Positions 55,949-62,412 of a stretch of DNA of 64,000 nucleotides are shown in pieces. The stretch is taken from assembly GCA_001004665.1 (NCBI GenBank), contig LCRO01000001.1, forward strand, positions 483 through 64,482. Direction: 5' to 3'. The translations under genes were made by a program, and so were the position numbers. This DNA comes from Candidatus Adlerbacteria bacterium GW2011_GWA1_54_10 (GTDB taxonomy: Bacteria; Patescibacteriota; Minisyncoccia; Phycocordibacterales; SBAW01). The number at the start of each line of letters is the position of its first letter. The stretch's first letter is position 1. The notes under the pieces were generated by a model. That model was not told where the DNA came from. It worked only from the letters and a program-made list of their open reading frames with translations, and did no database searches.

Positions 55949-57901
55949 GTGGTGGTACAATTTAGGTGTAGATTTCATACAACTATGCCTCCCCAACAAC
56001 CCAACCCTGTCCCTACTACTCCGGCTAGTCCACCTCAGTCTTTCACACCGTCCACTCCTCCCAAACATCATCATTCGTATTGGTTATTAATTGCCGCTGG
56101 TGTAGCAATTGCTATTTTGACGTATCTTGGAATAAGCCAAGTTACTTCCGCCCCGGTGTCTATCTTTGCTCTGTTTACTAATCCAGAAATGGGTGGATAT
56201 GCACTATTCCTGCTTCCTGCTGTAGTGGTTAGTCTTATATTGATTTTAATTAGCTGGCGATGGGGACGGAATATATACAGAAAGGAAAATAGACCGGTGC
56301 AGGGATTTTTCTTCGGCACGTCGCTGTATCTACTCCTCGTCTTTTTAGCGCTTGGAATTACAAATGTACTACTTGTTGGTTACGCACATACAGTGGCGGA
56401 TGATGTTTCCTTTGCAGTAGGATTGATATTCTCTATCTTTTTTATTACTTCCATACAGATTTTATACGTCGGTCTGCTTATCTGCATGGGGCTTCTTATT
56501 TACTCAACCCGCTCATCTCCAGAAGAACCATCTCAGGCACCTTCTCCATTAGCCATACAGTTTCGTTATGCGGTTATGGGGGTCATGATTATTTTTGCGC
56601 TCTATATATTTGGGCTTGCCGCACCGATTGCCACTGCTACCCACCAGCAATGGCTTTGTAATTTGGTATACAGCAGTCGAGCAAAAGCAGACTGTCTTCT
56701 TAACACTTCTGCTATCGCGGCCTCTGAGAATGCCGCTCAAAATTCGGGTAACTCAGGGACTTTTACTATTGTTAAGACTGACTACAAACAAATTAAAGAC
56801 CTCCACGAGGTAGGAGGAAAGTTGGCCTACGCATTTGAAAATAATGATGGCACTTCGGGGGTGGCATATGATGGCCAGGTGGTGAGTGGTGCTTATCAAA
56901 AAGTGGGTATTCTGCCGATTGCAGAGGTTGGAGGAAAACTCGCGTATGAGGCATACAAAGGCGATAAAGAAATTATCGTTTGGGACGGACAGGAGTTTGG
57001 GACATCTTATAACCGGGCAAGCCAACCAACTGATATAGGCGGCAAGCTCGCTTTTGTAGCGGAAATAGGAAAAAAATATTTTGTGGTGTACGACGGAAAA
57101 GAATATGGTAGAGAGGCCGACGGGGCGGGGAGACCCACGTCAATACAGGGGAAGCTTGCCTACGCTGCCGATACGAATATTAATGGCGGGCAATATGTAG
57201 TATTTGACGGAAAACAAGTGGGTGGCCGCTATGGCAGAGTCGAGTGGATAAAAGATGAGGATGGTCACTTGGTGTTTGAAGGGGTAAATGGAAATGGAAC
57301 CTTGCTCGTGGTCGACGGAAAAGAGTATGGCTTTGGATATGGGCAAATACAAAACCATGTTTTGATTGATGGGAAACTCGCCTTTTCTGCCCAAAAGGAT
57401 GGCAAGACAGTCATTGTCTATGAGGGCACAGAAATCGGCACAGGCTCCTCATATGAGGCTGGACCCTATAACATCAAAGGCCAACTTGCGTATATTGCTG
57501 CAAATCCCGACGGAACCTCCCAGCTTATGGTAGGAGGACAAGCGGTTGGGCCGGTTATGTCAGGAAGTGTCCGCAATGTGGATGTTTCAAAGGGCGGGAG
57601 AGTGGTTGTACAGATTGATGACGGTAGCAAGCAATGCAGAGGCGTAGTGCACGGTCCAATATATCTTGATGGGGAAAAAGTATATGAAGGCTGTAGCAGC
57701 AACCCATTCGGCTTTTTTGGAGAGAAATTATTGTTCTGGACACAAGAGGGCGGAGATAAGGCGTTGTGGTACGACGGTAAAAAAATTGGCCAAGGATTTT
57801 ACGGATATAACTACTTCGCAGTGGTGGATGGGAAGTTGGCTATCGCCGCCTTTGCTTCGGCAGGGCAAGGCGTTCAGTACTCCTTGCTTCTTGAACAGTA
57901 G
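55949..57901 (+). CDS. Polytopic membrane protein with a Pro-rich N-terminus, about 6 TM helices and a C-terminal array of about 40-aa tandem repeats (GGKLAY...DGKEYG..Y), resembling WG/KWG-type beta-propeller repeats.
   Basis: 650-aa ORF; a start at MPPQQPNPV (55985) is also possible. TM helices e.g. YWLLIAAGVAIAILTYLGI, GYALFLLPAVVVSLILILISW, LYLLLVFLALGITNVLLVGY. At least 8 repeats of the type IGGKLAFVAEIGKKYFVVYDGKEYGREADGAGRPTSIQGKLAYAAD. Confidence 0.6.
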   Translation: MVVQFRCRFHTTMPPQQPNPVPTTPASPPQSFTPSTPPKHHHSYWLLIAAGVAIAILTYLGISQVTSAPVSIFALFTNPEMGGYALFLLPAVVVSLILILISWRWGRNIYRKENRPVQGFFFGTSLYLLLVFLALGITNVLLVGYAHTVADDVSFAVGLIFSIFFITSIQILYVGLLICMGLLIYSTRSSPEEPSQAPSPLAIQFRYAVMGVMIIFALYIFGLAAPIATATHQQWLCNLVYSSRAKADCLLNTSAIAASENAAQNSGNSGTFTIVKTDYKQIKDLHEVGGKLAYAFENNDGTSGVAYDGQVVSGAYQKVGILPIAEVGGKLAYEAYKGDKEIIVWDGQEFGTSYNRASQPTDIGGKLAFVAEIGKKYFVVYDGKEYGREADGAGRPTSIQGKLAYAADTNINGGQYVVFDGKQVGGRYGRVEWIKDEDGHLVFEGVNGNGTLLVVDGKEYGFGYGQIQNHVLIDGKLAFSAQKDGKTVIVYEGTEIGTGSSYEAGPYNIKGQLAYIAANPDGTSQLMVGGQAVGPVMSGSVRNVDVSKGGRVVVQIDDGSKQCRGVVHGPIYLDGEKVYEGCSSNPFGFFGEKLLFWTQEGGDKALWYDGKKIGQGFYGYNYFAVVDGKLAIAAFASAGQGVQYSLLLEQ

Positions 57902-58219
57902 ATTATCCCCTAGGACGATTCCCTAGGCGTCTACAATCGTCTCAGAACGTTGGGAAGGGGTCAGTGTATGGTTTCCATTATCCCTGCATAGTTTTACTTC
58001 TAGGAGAGGAGGTATTACCATATCGGTACAACTGAATAAAAAGGGCCTAACCCCAATAGCTTAACTGTTGGGCAAGGCCGAAAATCATGAGGCATAGAAA
58101 ACCCGTCATTCAGGGCATGCCTCATGTTATAGGGGGAAACTCCTATAAGGCCGCAAGGCCTCCTGGTGGCGGGCTTTGTGTTTTCTCACCCACCAGAATT
58201 ACTGGAGTAAGAAACAAAA

Positions 58220-58822
58220 ATGGATGCGGTAAAAAAGTGGGTATTAGTTCCGGTTGCATATCTGGTCGGATTCTTAGTTTTATTAATCCTATTGGCCGTG
58301 CTTGGGGTATGGTTGGGTTTTCTTTGGGGACTACTTATAGTAAGTGCGGCTACCCTTGCTTGCGGAGTTTTTTTAATACCGAAGTTGCACCCAAATAAAG
58401 AGAGGAAGAACCTGATGGGCGGAGTGCTGACGCTGCTAGTGTCTATATGGGCAATAGTTGGTGTTGCAAACCTGGGAGCATGGATTATGACTCCTTCGGC
58501 TTCTACATCTGTAGTCCAATCACAGGAAGTTACTCCAGAAGCGAAAGCTGCCGCACAGGAGCAATTAAATAGAGTAATGTCTCTTGCTAAAAAAGCTAGA
58601 CTCATTACCACATATGAGTTTTCAGATAGTGCAGCAGTAGTTTATGCCGACACGGCTTGGTACATACAAACAGTGCAGTTCAAGAAAGATTTTCTTGCAA
58701 AAATAGGTACTCTCAAAAAACAAATCACAGGCTATCAGCATTTCGAGGTACGCGACGCCTACTCCAACGAGAAAGTTGCGGAGATTACATCTTTCGGTGG
58801 TTCGCTTGAAGTTTACAAATAG
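58220..58822 (+). CDS. Membrane protein (3-4 N-terminal TM helices plus a C-terminal soluble domain), hypothetical.
   Basis: 200-aa ORF. WVLVPVAYLVGFLVLLILLAVLGVWLGFLWGLLIVSAATLACGVFLI then GGVLTLLVSIWAIVGVANLGAWIM. No family recognised. Confidence 0.5.
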   Translation: MDAVKKWVLVPVAYLVGFLVLLILLAVLGVWLGFLWGLLIVSAATLACGVFLIPKLHPNKERKNLMGGVLTLLVSIWAIVGVANLGAWIMTPSASTSVVQSQEVTPEAKAAAQEQLNRVMSLAKKARLITTYEFSDSAAVVYADTAWYIQTVQFKKDFLAKIGTLKKQITGYQHFEVRDAYSNEKVAEITSFGGSLEVYK

Positions 58823-59243
58823 TATTCTTTACCCTGACTTACAGAATGTCTCTCTAGACGTCTAGAGACGTCTCAGAACGTTGGAAAGTAAGGGGTTTAT
58901 AGGTTTTATTGGCTGTGGATTACTCCATCGCTAGGACATAGGAACAGGACGGTCGTAAATACCCTCTAAAAAGACTTTGATTGAAGCCATTTTTATATGG
59001 TCATTTTTGACGTATTTCCATGTATATCTGTCCCTAGTTGGAAGTACATGAATGAAAACACCAGATAACTTTTTACAAACAGGTTTGACGAAAGCTAGAG
59101 TGTCAAAGTGTCCTCGCAGAAAGCAGAAATTAAAAATGAATCCCTGGTCGAGCTTGAATCTGAAAGAGCGTGGGAGCAACTTTTCTGCCTTTTACTTGGC
59201 ACGGATAAAACCGAAAAAACAAAGCCATTAAAAAGTAGTCTGA

Positions 59244-59441
59244 ATGACGATGTCAAACTTACACAAAATTGATCCTTGCCCCGGTTGCTGGAACCGACCC
59301 CATGATGACCTAGCTCTAAATTCAGTCTCCAGGTACGGACACGGTTATATATGCGGCGACTGCGGTCAAAAAGAGGCTATTGAGGGTGACTTCATTAGCA
59401 AACAAAATGAGTTCGTCAGAAACTTACTAGCTGGTAGATAA
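59244..59441 (+). CDS. Small zinc-ribbon protein (CxxC...YGHG...CGxC), paralog 1.
   Basis: 65 aa. CPGCWNRPHDDLALNSVSRYGHGYICGDCGQKE. The motif layout is shared with the adjacent ORF. Confidence 0.5.
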   Translation: MTMSNLHKIDPCPGCWNRPHDDLALNSVSRYGHGYICGDCGQKEAIEGDFISKQNEFVRNLLAGR

Positions 59442-59447
59442 AATCCT

Positions 59448-59705
59448 ATGCCAAAAATTACACCTACCGCTGTCCTAGAATTCCTTAAAGAAAATCCTGA
59501 CTTCTGGCGACAAAATCGCAACCGCTGTGCCGGATGTGATAGGTTGCTTGCAAAAGACAGAGTGAAGTGGATGTTGCGTAGTAGATATGGTCACGGTGAA
59601 CTCTGTGGCGCTTGCCGTTACAGAGATGCCCATTATGACTTCATCGGCATACGACGCAGTAAACCCGCTGGCGATAACGTCAATCCTTATGATGAAAAAG
59701 GATAG
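59448..59705 (+). CDS. Small zinc-ribbon protein (CxxC...YGHG...CGxC), paralog 2.
   Basis: 85 aa. CAGCDRLLAKDRVKWMLRSRYGHGELCGACRYRD. Tandem with paralog 1, separated by 6 nt. Confidence 0.5.
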   Translation: MPKITPTAVLEFLKENPDFWRQNRNRCAGCDRLLAKDRVKWMLRSRYGHGELCGACRYRDAHYDFIGIRRSKPAGDNVNPYDEKG

Positions 59706-60114
59706 GGCGTCGGGACGCAGATTCCCTGGCTTTCCCCATGAATGGGACGAAGAGTACGGGTTTACTCAATACCCCAATATGCTTACCGAATTTTGGGCCG
59801 ACTTGTCAGGGTCGGGCCAAAAAGTTCTGGACTTTATCATTCGGCAAACAATAGGCTGGGAAAAAGATGAGGACACAATAGCGCTGTCACAGTTCAGGAA
59901 TGGAATCCGGGGTAAGTGGAACAACCGGGGGACAGGGTTGTCGGGCTCCCAGGTCCGCAGAGCAATCAAGGAGCTTGAAAACGGTGGCTACATCACTGTT
60001 GAACGGAATCAGAATCGACCCTCCACATTTCGTCTGGTGTTTGACGATGAGTTAAAGGAGGGGGAGATAGAGGAGACAAAAGGGGAGGGGGAAGAAGAGC
60101 AACGACTCTTTTGA
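59689..60114 (+). CDS. Winged-helix DNA-binding protein, possibly a phage replisome-organiser / DnaD-N-like or regulator, with an acidic C-terminal tail.
   Basis: Internal Met of ORF 59587..60114, overlapping the end of paralog 2 by 17 nt. FTQYPNMLTEFWADLSGSGQKVLDFIIRQTIGWEKDEDTIALSQFRNGIRGKW...SGSQVRRAIKELENGGYITVER resembles the replisome-organiser N-terminal winged helix. Assignment is tentative. Confidence 0.4.
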   Translation: MMKKDRASGRRFPGFPHEWDEEYGFTQYPNMLTEFWADLSGSGQKVLDFIIRQTIGWEKDEDTIALSQFRNGIRGKWNNRGTGLSGSQVRRAIKELENGGYITVERNQNRPSTFRLVFDDELKEGEIEETKGEGEEEQRLF

Positions 60115-60441
60115 GTCAACTGTGTTCATTAAGGCCACAAACGTATTCATCTTGGCACTAGGGCTAAACAATATGAACGGCCATTTGTAGTCAAAATGGT
60201 ACCCACAATATATAAACAATAAATAATAATCAGAATATAATATACAGTTTTCCATTTTTCCAAAAATGGATAGCTAGTCCTTCTGAAAGGATTTCTGGAA
60301 GAGGAAAAAAGGGGAAATGAACGACTTTTTTCCGACTCCAGAAATCAGAAAAAGAAACTATTCCGGCCTATCCAAAATGACCATAGCCTTACCAACTATT
60401 TACAACTAACCTAAAGTATGGTAAAATATTAACAGCTAGTC

Positions 60442-60615
60442 ATGAACGACCCTGAAGCTTTACGAGATTACCTTATAGCAGACGAAATTCAGCGCATTCA
60501 AGCGCTGTCCCGAGAAGACCTTGTAAGAGAGCTGATTTCTCTGAGGTCGGAAAAGCTAGAAGGTGTCTCACTCGCAGACCTGCTGAAAGTTTGTCAGTCA
60601 AAAAATGGAACATGA
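60442..60615 (+). CDS. Small acidic helical protein (57 aa) immediately upstream of, and overlapping, the serine recombinase start; candidate recombination directionality factor or regulator.
   Basis: ATG-initiated ORF MNDPEALRDYLIADEIQRIQALSREDLVRELISLRSEKLEGVSLADLLKVCQSKNGT. Below the ORF-track size cut-off. No homology assignable. Confidence 0.25.
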   Translation: MNDPEALRDYLIADEIQRIQALSREDLVRELISLRSEKLEGVSLADLLKVCQSKNGT

Positions 60616-62335
60616 TTCTCCACAGCCAGTAAAAAAGAAGGAACGAGGCGCCGAGTATCTGCGTGTTAGTACAGAAGAACAAAATTCCGAGGGGCACTAC
60701 GGTCTCCAAGTCCAAGAAGAGCGCGTAAAGTCCTGGTGCGAATCGCAAGGATATGTGGTCGCCGAGGGGAATATCTACAAGGACGAAATATCCGGCGGAC
60801 TGCCAGTTGAAAAACGTCCCGGCCTCAGTGCATTGTTCGAGGCAGCTAAACGTGGGGAGTTTGATGTCGTGGTGGTGTACAAAACTGACCGCTTGGCTCG
60901 CAACCTCCGCATACTGGTAAACATCATCCATGAACTAGACAGCTTAGGTGTTGCCTTCCGCTCTGTTACGGAACCGTTTGACACCACTACTTCGTTCGGT
61001 AAAGCCAGCTTCAACTTAGTAGGCACTTTTGCTGAGTTGGAAAAGGAAATGATTCGGGAGAGGACGACCAACGGCCGGATAAAGGCAGCCAAGTCGGGAA
61101 AGTGGGTGGGCTCCACTGCCCCTTTCGGGTATGTGGTCAATAAGACCAGCCGTAGGCTGGATATAAATCTGCAAGAAGCCAAGATTGTGAAGCAGATATT
61201 TAAGTGGGCGGTAGACGACAAGCTCGCCGTCCATGAAATAGAGCGCCGATTGAACGCAATGAAGGTGCCGGCGCCGTGGTCGACCAAAATCAAAACCAAG
61301 GAGACACATAACATCTGGCGACCCTTTACCGTGCGGCGCGTGTTGGCCAACGAAACGCACACGGGTACCTTCTACTACCGCAAGTATAAAAAGCCGTTCA
61401 ACGGATTGACCAGCGTCACCGACCCAACCCGCCTCCGGCCTAAAGAGGACTGGATAGAGCAACATTGCGAGCCTATTATCACCGTGGAGATGTACGAGGC
61501 CGCCAAGCGCCAACTTACACACAACCGTGAGTTTGCTAAACGCAACTGCAAGCGTGAATATCTATTCTCCAAAATCATCTGGTGTAGCCAATGCAAGCAC
61601 AAGATGTTCGGGGGATTCCAGCCTGCTAGAGAACTGGGGGCTCATGAGGGTGGCCGCTACTACCACGGCACCTACCGCAAGGACGATGCCCTAGGCAAGA
61701 CAGCACGGTGCCAGTGGTGTCCTAACTACTCCGAGGCACGCCTGGAGCCCATTTGGGATTTTCTCAGAGATATATTGAAGAATCCGAAGAACATGACCCG
61801 ACCTTTGGAGAAATACATCTATAAGGAATCTGACCCTCTGCCGGTCAAGCAACGCCTTCACGATATTGCCCAGGAGCTGGATACCATACGTAAAAGACGC
61901 GATAGGGTGGACGACCTCTACGTCAGCGAACAAATAGACAAGCAAAAGTACAAATCCTATCAAGCGGAGTTTAAGCTCGACGAGCAGAGACTAAAGGATG
62001 AGGATGTCCGCCTCCGCCAAACCTTGTTGAGCAAAAAAGAGATTACCGACCGCCAGAAGGCGGTAGCCAAGGCATACGAGCAAATCAAAGATCGCTTGGA
62101 CAAAGTGTCCTACGAAGAAAAGGCGAAAATCGTCTCCTACTTTGTAGAGCGGGTAGTCCTCCACGCCAAAGACGACCATGTGGAGGTAGCCTTCAAATTC
62201 CCACTGGATGCCGAGACCAAGGAGGGCAAGTCCTTTCCGCTGGTGCATAAAATCCCTACCATCACGGAGAAGGAACGTCGGGCCACCCTTATGCAGTCGA
62301 ACCCTGAAATGTTTACGCCGAAGGTGCTGGTGTAG
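60605..62335 (+). CDS. Large serine recombinase (resolvase/invertase catalytic domain, recombinase domain, zinc-ribbon and coiled-coil); phage-integrase type.
   Basis: Catalytic N-terminus GAEYLRVSTEEQNSEGHYGLQVQ with nucleophile Ser. RPGLSALFEAAKRGEFDVVVVYKTDRLARNLR. Recombinase-domain motif TGTFYYRKY. Cys cluster CSQCKHKMFG...CQWCPNY. 576 aa. Confidence 0.85.
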   Translation: MEHDSPQPVKKKERGAEYLRVSTEEQNSEGHYGLQVQEERVKSWCESQGYVVAEGNIYKDEISGGLPVEKRPGLSALFEAAKRGEFDVVVVYKTDRLARNLRILVNIIHELDSLGVAFRSVTEPFDTTTSFGKASFNLVGTFAELEKEMIRERTTNGRIKAAKSGKWVGSTAPFGYVVNKTSRRLDINLQEAKIVKQIFKWAVDDKLAVHEIERRLNAMKVPAPWSTKIKTKETHNIWRPFTVRRVLANETHTGTFYYRKYKKPFNGLTSVTDPTRLRPKEDWIEQHCEPIITVEMYEAAKRQLTHNREFAKRNCKREYLFSKIIWCSQCKHKMFGGFQPARELGAHEGGRYYHGTYRKDDALGKTARCQWCPNYSEARLEPIWDFLRDILKNPKNMTRPLEKYIYKESDPLPVKQRLHDIAQELDTIRKRRDRVDDLYVSEQIDKQKYKSYQAEFKLDEQRLKDEDVRLRQTLLSKKEITDRQKAVAKAYEQIKDRLDKVSYEEKAKIVSYFVERVVLHAKDDHVEVAFKFPLDAETKEGKSFPLVHKIPTITEKERRATLMQSNPEMFTPKVLV

Positions 62336-62412
62336 CTACATAAAATGGCCTGTCAGGCCTTATCGCTTTTCCCCAGGGGAAGCACTACAATGTGGGTGCC
62401 TAAAGGCTCCTA

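Noticed and set aside
58931-59179. 82-aa minus-strand ORF in the 420-nt gap of the island.
   Set aside because: No start context, no motif, and an odd composition. It could be real (a divergent regulator would fit here), but nothing supports it beyond being open.
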